In this document: piece by piece, positions 14,050 to 22,017 of the stretch | Position numbering within the stretch: position 1 is the stretch's first letter | Layout: each line of letters starts with the position of its first letter | Assembly (NCBI GenBank): GCA_036274595.1 | Contig: DASUFL010000021.1 | Location: 8,521-72,520, forward strand | Reading direction: 5' to 3' | Length of the DNA: 64,000 bases | Source: Candidatus Eiseniibacteriota bacterium | Lineage (GTDB): Bacteria; Eisenbacteria; RBG-16-71-46; SZUA-252 | Program-made: the position numbers and the translations under genes | Notes under the pieces: model-generated | What the model was told of the DNA's origin: nothing | What the model saw: the letters and a program-made list of their open reading frames with translations, nothing else | The model's database searches: none

Positions 14050-15588
14050 TCACTCCCACTCGATCGTGGCGGGAGGCTTGCTGCTGACGTCGTACACGAC
14101 GCGATTGACCCCTCGAACTTCGTTGACGATGCGCGACGAGACGCGCGCGAGGAACTCGTGCGGCAGCCGGGCCCAGTCGGCCGTCATCCCATCGCTCGAG
14201 GTGACCGCGCGGAGCGCGACCACCTGATCGTACGTCCGGCCGTCCCCCATCACGCCGACCGTCCGCACGGGGAGAAGGACCGCGAAGGCCTGCCAGACCT
14301 TGTCGTACAGGTCCGCGCGGCGCAGCTCCGTGATGTAGATATCGTCCGCATGGCCGAGCGTCTCCACCGCTTCCTCGGTGACCGGCCCCAAAATTCGCAC
14401 CGCCAGGCCGGGCCCCGGGAAGGGGTGCCGGCCGAGAACGGAGGGGGGGAGACCCAGAAGAGATCCGAGGCTCCGGACCTCGTCCTTGAATAACTCCCGA
14501 AGGGGCTCCACCAGTTCCATCTTCATGTGGTCGGGCAGCCCGCCCACGTTGTGATGGGACTTGATCTTGGCCGAGGGCCCCCGGATGGACGTCGACTCGA
14601 TGACGTCCGGGTAGAGGGTGCCCTGGGCCAGGAGCTCCGCTCCCCCCAATCGCTTGGCCTCGTCCTCGAACACCTCGATGAAGACCCGGCCGATCGTCTT
14701 CCGCTTGGCCTCGGGGTCCTCGATGCCCTTGAGGGCGTCCAGGAACCGCCGCCGGGCATCCACGGTCACGAGGTCGTCCCCGATCACGTGCCCCATCAGC
14801 TCCTGCACCTGGGCCGCCTCGTTCCTCCGGAGGAGCCCGTGGTCCACGAAGACCGCCCGGACCTGCCCCGGGATGGCCCGGTGGAGGAGGGCCGCGACGA
14901 CCGACGAGTCCACGCCGCCGGAGAGCGCGCAGAGCACCCGTCGCTTCCCCACCTGGCGACGGATCCTGTCCATCTGCTCGTCCAGGACCTGCCCCATCGT
15001 CCAGTCGCCGGAGAAGCCGCAGACGTCGAAGAGGAAGTTCCGGTAGATGCGCATCCCCTGCTCCGTGTGCGCGACCTCGGGGTGGAACTGGACGACGTAG
15101 CGCTGGTGGTCGAGGTCTTCGGCCGCGGCGGCCAGCCCGCCCGTCGAGCGCGCCAGGAGCGTGAAGCCCGGCGGCAGCTCTTCGACGATGTCGCCATGGC
15201 TCGCCCAGATCCGGCTCTCGGCCGGCAAGCCGGCGAGGAGCGTCCCCGTGCGCTCCACCTGGAGCACGGCCTGCCCGTACTCGCGGTGCTTGCTCGGATG
15301 GATGCGTCCGCCGAGGTCGCGCGCGAGGAGCTGCATGCCGTAGCAGACGCCGAGAATGGGGACTCCCTGCGCGAGCACCGCGGGGGCGAGCTGCGGCGCT
15401 CCCGGCTCGTCCACGCTCGAGGGACCGCCCGAGAGGATGATCCCTTTCGGGTTGAGCGACGCCAGCGTCATGGCGTCGATATCGGGTGCGCGGATCTCGG
15501 CGAAGACGCCCAGCTCGCGCGCGCGCCGCGCGATGAGCTGGGTGAACTGGGAACCGAAGTCGAGGATGAGCAGCCGTTCGTGGCTCAC
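14050..15588 (-). CDS. guaA: GMP synthase (glutamine-hydrolysing)
   Basis: ILDFGSQFTQ, GVCYGMQ, QFHPEV, ALSGGVDSSV, IKSHHNVGG, HPFPGPGL and KPPATIEWE. GTG start at 15588 (GTGA overlap). Confidence 0.99.
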   Translation of the reverse strand: MSHERLLILDFGSQFTQLIARRARELGVFAEIRAPDIDAMTLASLNPKGIILSGGPSSVDEPGAPQLAPAVLAQGVPILGVCYGMQLLARDLGGRIHPSKHREYGQAVLQVERTGTLLAGLPAESRIWASHGDIVEELPPGFTLLARSTGGLAAAAEDLDHQRYVVQFHPEVAHTEQGMRIYRNFLFDVCGFSGDWTMGQVLDEQMDRIRRQVGKRRVLCALSGGVDSSVVAALLHRAIPGQVRAVFVDHGLLRRNEAAQVQELMGHVIGDDLVTVDARRRFLDALKGIEDPEAKRKTIGRVFIEVFEDEAKRLGGAELLAQGTLYPDVIESTSIRGPSAKIKSHHNVGGLPDHMKMELVEPLRELFKDEVRSLGSLLGLPPSVLGRHPFPGPGLAVRILGPVTEEAVETLGHADDIYITELRRADLYDKVWQAFAVLLPVRTVGVMGDGRTYDQVVALRAVTSSDGMTADWARLPHEFLARVSSRIVNEVRGVNRVVYDVSSKPPATIEWE

Positions 15589-16331
15589 GGACCCCCCGGC
15601 AGTTGAAAATCGAAGGGCAGCTCGTACCATGCCGCGACGGGAACTCCGTTCTTCCTCGCCGGTGTGAAGGTCCACACCTTGGCCGCTTCGATGGCCGGCT
15701 CGTCGAGGCCCATCACGCTCTGAATGACGAAGACATCCCGGACGTGCCCCTTCTCGTCGATGAGGACGTCGAGCACGACCCTCCCCGTGATTCGCGCGGT
15801 TCGAGCGAATTCGGGATACTCAGGCGGCGGAGCCGAGAGCGGCACCGGCCGCTGGTCGTAGACCACGTCACCATCGGGCAGGTGGGGAAGGCTGTCGCTG
15901 CGGGAGATGGCACGAACGTACAGGTCGACCCCGCCGTCCTCGAGCGCATAACCCATGTCCCCGTCTCGAAGGAGCAAAGTATCGTGGCCGGAGAACTGGA
16001 ACACGCGCTGCTTCCTGGCGGTCCCGGGATCGAACTCGATCCATGGATCGAGAGAGTCTCGACGAGCGGTTTGATAAACCTTGAACCGGCCCATCCGCGT
16101 CCTGGATCCCCCGTTCCTGATCTCGGTCAATCGGTAGGTCGAGTCGGGATTCAGACTGAGTTGACCGTCACGTCCTGGACCCCGCGTGAACGCATCATTG
16201 GACTGCCACCTCCACGTTCCGAAGAGGCTGTCCGCATACACCTCTTCGATGGGCGCGGGGTGATCGATGGTGGCGCAGCCCGCGCCGGCCAAGATCCCGA
16301 GTCCCAGGACGGGTACGTAGTCGCGCAGCAT
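15585..16331 (-). CDS. Putative lipoprotein: lipocalin/NlpE-like N-domain fused to a TonB C-terminal domain
   Basis: Hydrophobic leader ending ILAGAGC (imperfect lipobox); GTWRWQ...LSLNPDSTYRL; C-terminal YPEFAR..ITGRVVLDVLIDEKG...WTFTPA...PV TonB_C. Alternative ATG at 16352. Confidence 0.75.
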   Translation of the reverse strand: MLRDYVPVLGLGILAGAGCATIDHPAPIEEVYADSLFGTWRWQSNDAFTRGPGRDGQLSLNPDSTYRLTEIRNGGSRTRMGRFKVYQTARRDSLDPWIEFDPGTARKQRVFQFSGHDTLLLRDGDMGYALEDGGVDLYVRAISRSDSLPHLPDGDVVYDQRPVPLSAPPPEYPEFARTARITGRVVLDVLIDEKGHVRDVFVIQSVMGLDEPAIEAAKVWTFTPARKNGVPVAAWYELPFDFQLPGGP

Positions 16332-16336
16332 CTGCC

Positions 16337-17944
16337 TCAGTGAAGAAAACATCTCTCGCCTGTCGTCATCAGCACGATCCCCGCCCTGTCCGCGGCGGCG
16401 ACGGATTCTCCGTCCCGCACCGAGCCTCCCGGATGCGCGATCGCCGCGATCCCCGCCTCGGCCGCGATCTCGACCGAGTCGGGGAACGGGAAGAACGCGT
16501 CCGAGCAGAGCACCGCCCCGCGCACGTCGTGTCCCGCCCGCTCCGCTTTCAACAAGGCGAGCCGCACCGCGTCCACACGCGAGGACTGCCCCGCCCCGAT
16601 CCCGAGCGTTCGTCCGCCATGCGCGATCACGATGCCGTTCGAGATCGCGTGGCGCACCACGCGCCAGGCGAAGTGGAGATCCTCGAGCTGCGCCGGACTG
16701 GGCGGCGTCGTCGACACGGCCCTCCATCCCTCGAGGCGCGGGGGCCCGGGCGCCGTCTCCGCGAGAAGGCCGCCCAGGAGGGTGCGCGCCGACAGACCCG
16801 ACGACGCCCCGTCCCGCATCCAGGGGAGCGCCAGGATGATTAGATTCTTCCTGAGGGCCGCGAGCTTCTCCCCGTTTGCTTCCACCGACGGCGCGAGCAC
16901 GATCTCGTAGAAGAACGAGCCGACCGCATCGAGCGCGGCGTCGTCGAGCGGGCGGTTCAAACCCAGGATCCCGCCGAACGCCGAGAGCTCGTCCCCCTGC
17001 CGCGCCCGCCCGATCGCCTCCGCCGCGGTGCCCGCCACGGCGGCGCCGGAGGGGTTGCGGTGCTTGATGACGACGGCCGCCGACTCGCTGAACTCGCGCA
17101 GCAAGCCGAGCGCCGCCTCCACGTCGAGGAGGTTGTTGAAGGAGAGCTTCTTCCCGCGCATCTGGCCGAGCCTGAGCCGGCCCCCGCCCTCGGGGAGGTA
17201 CCAGGCCCCCTCCTGCCCCGGATTCTCGCCGTAGCGGAGCCGCTGCTCGAGCCGGAGCTGGAGGTCGATGGTCTCGGGGAGCGCCGCCGCGCCCTCGAGC
17301 GCGCCGGGCACACCGGCGGCCGGCGAGCGGGTCTCGCCCGGCGTGTCGCGCTCGGTGCCCGCGAGGTAGCGCGAGATCGCGGCGTCGTAGGATGCCGTGC
17401 GCTCGAACGCGCGCCGCGCGAACTTCCGAGCGATCGACGGCGGGACGCCTCCCTGGCGATCCATCGCCTCGAGCACGACGCCGTATTGATCGGGATCCAC
17501 CACGACGACCACATGGCTGTGGTTCTTCGCCGCCGCGCGGATGAGCGCGGGACCGCCGATGTCGATCTGCTCGATCGCCTCGTCATCGGTCGTGGCCTCG
17601 GACGCGACCGTCTTCTCGAAGGGATAGAGGTTCACGACCACGAGATCGATCGAAACGATGCCGTGCTTGTGGCGGTCTTCCTCGTCCCGGCCAAGGCCGC
17701 GGCGGTAGAGGATCCCGCCGTGGATCGAGGGGTGGAGCGTCTTCACGCGCCCGTCGAAGAGCTCGGGGTACCCGGTCACCTCGGAGACGTCGCGCACGGT
17801 GATGCCCGCGCCCCGAAGCGCGAGCGCGGTGCCCCCCGTCGAGAGGATCTTCACGCCGTGGCGCGAGAGTCCGCGCGCGAAATCGACCAGACCGGTCTTG
17901 TCGGACGCGGAGAGCAGCGCCCGCCCGATCACGATGGCGCTCAC
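16337..17944 (-). CDS. purH: Bifunctional IMP cyclohydrolase / AICAR transformylase
   Basis: ALLSASDKTG, GRVKTLHP, IDIGGP, LRYGENP, VIKHRNPSG, GAGQSSRVD and SDAFFPF. GTG start at 17944 (GTGA overlap). Confidence 0.97.
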   Translation of the reverse strand: MSAIVIGRALLSASDKTGLVDFARGLSRHGVKILSTGGTALALRGAGITVRDVSEVTGYPELFDGRVKTLHPSIHGGILYRRGLGRDEEDRHKHGIVSIDLVVVNLYPFEKTVASEATTDDEAIEQIDIGGPALIRAAAKNHSHVVVVVDPDQYGVVLEAMDRQGGVPPSIARKFARRAFERTASYDAAISRYLAGTERDTPGETRSPAAGVPGALEGAAALPETIDLQLRLEQRLRYGENPGQEGAWYLPEGGGRLRLGQMRGKKLSFNNLLDVEAALGLLREFSESAAVVIKHRNPSGAAVAGTAAEAIGRARQGDELSAFGGILGLNRPLDDAALDAVGSFFYEIVLAPSVEANGEKLAALRKNLIILALPWMRDGASSGLSARTLLGGLLAETAPGPPRLEGWRAVSTTPPSPAQLEDLHFAWRVVRHAISNGIVIAHGGRTLGIGAGQSSRVDAVRLALLKAERAGHDVRGAVLCSDAFFPFPDSVEIAAEAGIAAIAHPGGSVRDGESVAAADRAGIVLMTTGERCFLH

Positions 17945-19425
17945 CGCGCGGCGCGCGCCCCCGTGATCATCGCGAAGGCTTCTTCGTAGCGCCGAGCCGT
18001 CTTCTCGATCACCTCGTCCGGCAGGCGAGGCGGCGGCGGATTGCGATCCCACTTGATGGAATCGAGATAGTCGCGGATCACCTGCTTGTCGAAGCTGTCC
18101 TGCGCCACGCCTTCGGTGTAGCGGTCGATGGGCCAGTAGCGCGACGAATCGGGCGAGAGCGCCTCGTCGATCCAGACGATCATCCCGTCCTTCTCGCCGA
18201 ACTCGAACTTCGTGTCGGCGAGGATGAGTCCGATCGACTCCGCGTGCGCTGCGGCTGCCTTGTAGATCGCGATGCTCGTCGCGCGGAGCCTCTCCGCTGC
18301 GTCGCCCCCCACGATGGACGCCATGCGGTCGAAGTCGATGTTCTCGTCGTGCCCCTCCTGCTCCTTCGTCGCGGGAGTGAAGATCGGTTCGGGAAGCTTC
18401 GACGAGAGCTTGAGTCCCGGCGGGAGCTTCACCCCGCAGACCATGCCGCTCGCCTGGTATTCCTTCCACCCCGATCCCGCGAGATAGCCGCGCACGACAC
18501 ACTCGACGTCGTAGCGCTTGGCCTTCTTCACGAGCATGGACCGGCCGTCGAGCAGGGAGCGATGGGAGGCGAACGGCTCGGGAAAGCGCGCCACGTCCGT
18601 CGTGAGGTAGTGGCTCGGCACGATCGCCTCGAGCCGCTCGAACCAGAAGCGGGAGATCTGGGTGAGAACGCGCCCCTTCCCCGGGATCCCCTCGTTCAGG
18701 ATCACGTCGTACGCCGACACGCGATCGGTCGCGACCAGGAGGAGCTGGGAGCCGAGATCGTAGAGATCGCGGACCTTTCCCCTGTAGTCGGGCGCGCGGC
18801 CCGGGATCACCACGTCGCGCAGCGCGCGATCGGCCGTCTTCATCGATTCCTCCTGAGTGAACGTTCGTATCGCGTCGACGTAGATCTCGTGTTCCAGCGG
18901 CAGCAGACGCTCCGCCAGGGAGTCCGCGGTCTCGCCCTTTCGAATCGGGAGCTCCGCCTGGAGTACCACGGGGCCCGAGTCCATGCCCGCATCCACGCGG
19001 TGCACGGTCGCTCCGGTCACCGCCACGCCCGCCTCGATCGCCTGCCGCTGCGCCTCCAGCCCTGGAAACCGCGGGAGGAGCGATGGGTGCACGTTGAGGA
19101 TCGGGACGCCCGCCTGGTCGATCGTCTCCGCGCGCAGAAGGCGCATGAAACCGCAGAGGGCGATCAGCCCGGGACGGTCCCGGCGGATGATGCCTTGGAG
19201 CTCTTCTTCGGCTTCGGGAGCGAGCCGCGATCCGGGGCGCCACGGCGTGAGGACGGACGTGGGGATCGATCGCTCTCGGGCGTACTCGAGCGCGGGAGCG
19301 TCCTGCCGGTCGGAGACGACCCGCACGACCGCTGCCCGTAGCCGTCCGTCGCGCGTGGCCTCGATCAGATTCGCGACGTGGCTCCCCCGCCCGGAGGCGA
19401 GGAGCAGCAGCCGAAGGGGCTCCAT
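17941..19425 (-). CDS. purN-purC: In-frame fusion of GAR transformylase PurN (19425-18844) and SAICAR synthase PurC (18843-17941)
   Basis: PurN motifs: LASGRGS, NVHPSLLP, TGATVHRV and DSGPVV. PurC motifs: GKVRDLY, DRVSAYD, ECVVRGYLAGSG, FTPATK, LILADTKFEFG, DSSRYW and FDKQ. No stop codon between the two parts. Confidence 0.95.
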   Translation of the reverse strand: MEPLRLLLLASGRGSHVANLIEATRDGRLRAAVVRVVSDRQDAPALEYARERSIPTSVLTPWRPGSRLAPEAEEELQGIIRRDRPGLIALCGFMRLLRAETIDQAGVPILNVHPSLLPRFPGLEAQRQAIEAGVAVTGATVHRVDAGMDSGPVVLQAELPIRKGETADSLAERLLPLEHEIYVDAIRTFTQEESMKTADRALRDVVIPGRAPDYRGKVRDLYDLGSQLLLVATDRVSAYDVILNEGIPGKGRVLTQISRFWFERLEAIVPSHYLTTDVARFPEPFASHRSLLDGRSMLVKKAKRYDVECVVRGYLAGSGWKEYQASGMVCGVKLPPGLKLSSKLPEPIFTPATKEQEGHDENIDFDRMASIVGGDAAERLRATSIAIYKAAAAHAESIGLILADTKFEFGEKDGMIVWIDEALSPDSSRYWPIDRYTEGVAQDSFDKQVIRDYLDSIKWDRNPPPPRLPDEVIEKTARRYEEAFAMITGARAAR

Positions 19426-19431
19426 CGACAA

Positions 19432-19460
19432 TCGATACCACACTCGGGCGTCCGTCTCAA
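19432..19460 (-). promoter_or_regulatory. sigma70-type promoter, probably giving a leaderless purN transcript
   Basis: TTGAGA, N17 (with TG at the extended -10 position), TATCGA, then 6 nt to ATG 19425. The -10 lacks the final T. Confidence 0.5.
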
Positions 19461-21958
19461 GGTTCTTCGCGTGAAGGGGTTACCGGCGCGCCGCGATTCC
19501 ACGTCAGGCGCTCCGGAGCGGGGTGCGCGCGGGTCGAGATCCAGGCGCCGCCCGGCGCCAGCGTGAGCCGGATCGCCCCCTCCTGATCGGTACGGAGGAC
19601 CTGGGCGCCCCATCGCTCGTAACGGCCCAGAACCGTCGGGTTGGGATGATGGAAGCGATTGTGCTCACCCGAGGAGACCAGGACCACCGAGGGATGGAGC
19701 TTCGCCACCCAGTCCTCGCCGCTCGAGGTCTTGCTCCCGTGATGGGGCGCCTTGACCACGTCGACCGGGCCGAGCCGCGGGAGGAGCGCTTCCTCCCCGT
19801 CGGTCTCGAGGTCCCCCGCGAAGAGCGCCGTCGCGCCGCCCACCTCGAGGATGGCTGCGAGCGAGGCGTCGTTCTCGTGGGGCCCGTCCGCGATTCCACG
19901 CTCGATCGTGAGCGAGGCTCCCCCGCCGAGCGCCAGTGTCGTGTCGCGCGCGACTCCGAGCGCGCGTCCGCCGCGACGTGCCAGCGCGCGCGAGAGCCCT
20001 CGCCTCCACGCGCCGCGGCGATCGCGTCCGTTCTCCCAAAGGGTGCCGATCCAGCCACGGCGGGCGAGCCACTCGAATCCGCCGAAGTGATCGAGATGCG
20101 CGTGCGAGAGGAGCGCGTTCGCGATCCGCCCCGCTCCCTCCGCGCGGAGCGCGGGCTCGATCACCGATTCGCCGGAGTCGCGCCGCTCGTCGCGCGGGCC
20201 CGCGTCGACGAGAAGGGATCCACCACCCGGAAGCGAGACCCACGTCGCGTCTCCCTGCCCGATGTCGAGCATCACGATCGCGGGCCCGGAAGGCGCGCGC
20301 CGTGGCGCCGGAACGAACGGGACGAGCGCGCCTACGAAGAGCGCCATGGCGGACCAGCGCGCCGCGGATGGGCGCGCCGTACGGCCGCCGCGGCACGATT
20401 CGGCCGCGGCCCCCGCGAGCGCGAGGAAGAGCGCGCCGAGAGCGAGCGCATGGAGCGGCGCGACGCCGTGCACGAGCCACGGATCGAGCGCCCGCGATCC
20501 GTGCGTGTTCAGCTCCAGCATCAGGAGGCCCGACGCCTCGAGCGCTCCCGCGGCGGCGTCGCGCAGGAGCGGCATGCCCGTCGCCGCGGCGCCGAGAAAG
20601 AGCACGCACTCGGCCATGAAGAGCGTGCAGAGCGGGATCACGACGAGATTGAGCCCGAGGCCCACCATGGGGATCGCGCCGAACATCGTCGACTGGACGC
20701 CCGCGGTTCCGATCGTGGCCCCGCCGCTCTGCACGAAGAGGGACCAGCCTCCCGCAGCGGCGCGCCGCGCGAGGCCGCGAAGCCCTCCGCCCGATGCACC
20801 GGCCTTCACCAAGCCGCCGAGCGGTCCGGCGGCGCCCAGCCCGAGCACGGCGAGGAACGAGAGCTGAAATCCGGGATCGAGCACCGATCGCGGATCGGCG
20901 AGGTGGAGCGCGAGCCCGGCGATGCCCCACGCGGTGAAGGGACGCACGACGACCCCGAGCAGGCGGCCGCATCGCGAGGAGGTCCAGAGGAGCGCGGAGC
21001 GGAGCGCCGACGCCGGCGCGCCCACGAGCGCGACGTAGCCCCAGAGCGCCGCCAGCTCGATCGCCGCGGTCGGAGCGGGCGGGAGCCGGAGCGTCCCCGC
21101 GAAGAGAGCGATGAAGCCCGCGAGGATGCAGACGTGGAGTCCCGAGATCGAGAGGATGTGGACCGTGCCGCCGTCGCGAAACGAGTGCTGGATCGCCGGA
21201 GCGATGCCGGAGCGGTCGCCCAGGAGCATCCCGCGCGCGAGGGCCGCGACCGGACGGGAGAGCGACGCGGCGAACGCACGCGCGAGGCGGTCCCGGATGA
21301 TCGCGCCCGGATCGGAGCCGCGCTCCGGCGGATCCGCGGGCGCCTCGATCGAGAGCGGATCGATCGTGACGGTGCCGGCGAGACCGAGCCGCTCGAGGGC
21401 GCGCCCGGGGGCGCTCGAGCCTGGATTGCGCGCGTCTTCCGGAGGGCGAAAATCGCCGCGCAGCCGGAGCCACAACCCCGGCAGCACCCACCGGGGCGGG
21501 ATCGCGTCGTCCCGCCAGCGGACGGTGAGCTTCGCGCGGCACGGGGCCTCGCGGCTCCCCACGCGCACGCGGCGAGCTTCCACGACGAGGCTCGGAAACT
21601 CCGCGTCGGTCGCCGTCGTGTCGAGCACGCGCCCCTCGATCACGACGGGCGTTTCCGCGGGATGCACGGGGAGCGGCCAGATGAGGGAATCGGCCTCCGC
21701 CCCGAGCGTCACGCCCGCCGCGATCAAGGAAGCCACGCCGAGAGCCGCTTCGAGCCGCGTCCACGGGGCGCGCCGGTATGGATGACCGCGCCACCCGATC
21801 CCGAGCGACAGCGCGCCGCACGCGAGCGCGGCCAGGAGGGCGGGCTCTTCGATGCGCGCCGGCACCGCCGCCCAGGTCGAAGCCAGGTGACCCAGCGCGA
21901 TCAGGAACCAGAGAACGACCGGTGCGGGCCAGACGAAGTGAGGCCAGGAGGGACGCAT
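19457..21958 (-). CDS. comEC: DNA internalization competence protein ComEC/Rec2
   Basis: OB/DUF4131-like region, Competence domain (HILSISGLHV, PASALRS, GFQLSF) and MBL domain (MLDIGQGDA, LSHAHLDHFGG, KAPHHGS). ATG 21958 follows a GAGGA SD. Confidence 0.93.
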   Translation of the reverse strand: MRPSWPHFVWPAPVVLWFLIALGHLASTWAAVPARIEEPALLAALACGALSLGIGWRGHPYRRAPWTRLEAALGVASLIAAGVTLGAEADSLIWPLPVHPAETPVVIEGRVLDTTATDAEFPSLVVEARRVRVGSREAPCRAKLTVRWRDDAIPPRWVLPGLWLRLRGDFRPPEDARNPGSSAPGRALERLGLAGTVTIDPLSIEAPADPPERGSDPGAIIRDRLARAFAASLSRPVAALARGMLLGDRSGIAPAIQHSFRDGGTVHILSISGLHVCILAGFIALFAGTLRLPPAPTAAIELAALWGYVALVGAPASALRSALLWTSSRCGRLLGVVVRPFTAWGIAGLALHLADPRSVLDPGFQLSFLAVLGLGAAGPLGGLVKAGASGGGLRGLARRAAAGGWSLFVQSGGATIGTAGVQSTMFGAIPMVGLGLNLVVIPLCTLFMAECVLFLGAAATGMPLLRDAAAGALEASGLLMLELNTHGSRALDPWLVHGVAPLHALALGALFLALAGAAAESCRGGRTARPSAARWSAMALFVGALVPFVPAPRRAPSGPAIVMLDIGQGDATWVSLPGGGSLLVDAGPRDERRDSGESVIEPALRAEGAGRIANALLSHAHLDHFGGFEWLARRGWIGTLWENGRDRRGAWRRGLSRALARRGGRALGVARDTTLALGGGASLTIERGIADGPHENDASLAAILEVGGATALFAGDLETDGEEALLPRLGPVDVVKAPHHGSKTSSGEDWVAKLHPSVVLVSSGEHNRFHHPNPTVLGRYERWGAQVLRTDQEGAIRLTLAPGGAWISTRAHPAPERLTWNRGAPVTPSREEP

Positions 21959-22017
21959 CGCGTCCTCGCAGCGGGGAGGTCCAATCGAGCGCGGCGAGGA
22001 GGGGCCGCGCTTTGGGA

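Noticed and set aside
16337-16900. purH degeneration (KHVKSN to RHAISN, RHFRH to RCFLH)
   Set aside because: The frame is intact, the catalytic Lys-His (KHRNP) and SDAFF motifs are kept, and the length is normal, so this is divergence rather than a pseudogene.
16337-19441. 1034-aa ORF suggesting a PurN/PurC/PurH triple fusion
   Set aside because: The upstream part is off-frame to purN-purC. purH begins at GTG 17944, overlapping a real TGA.
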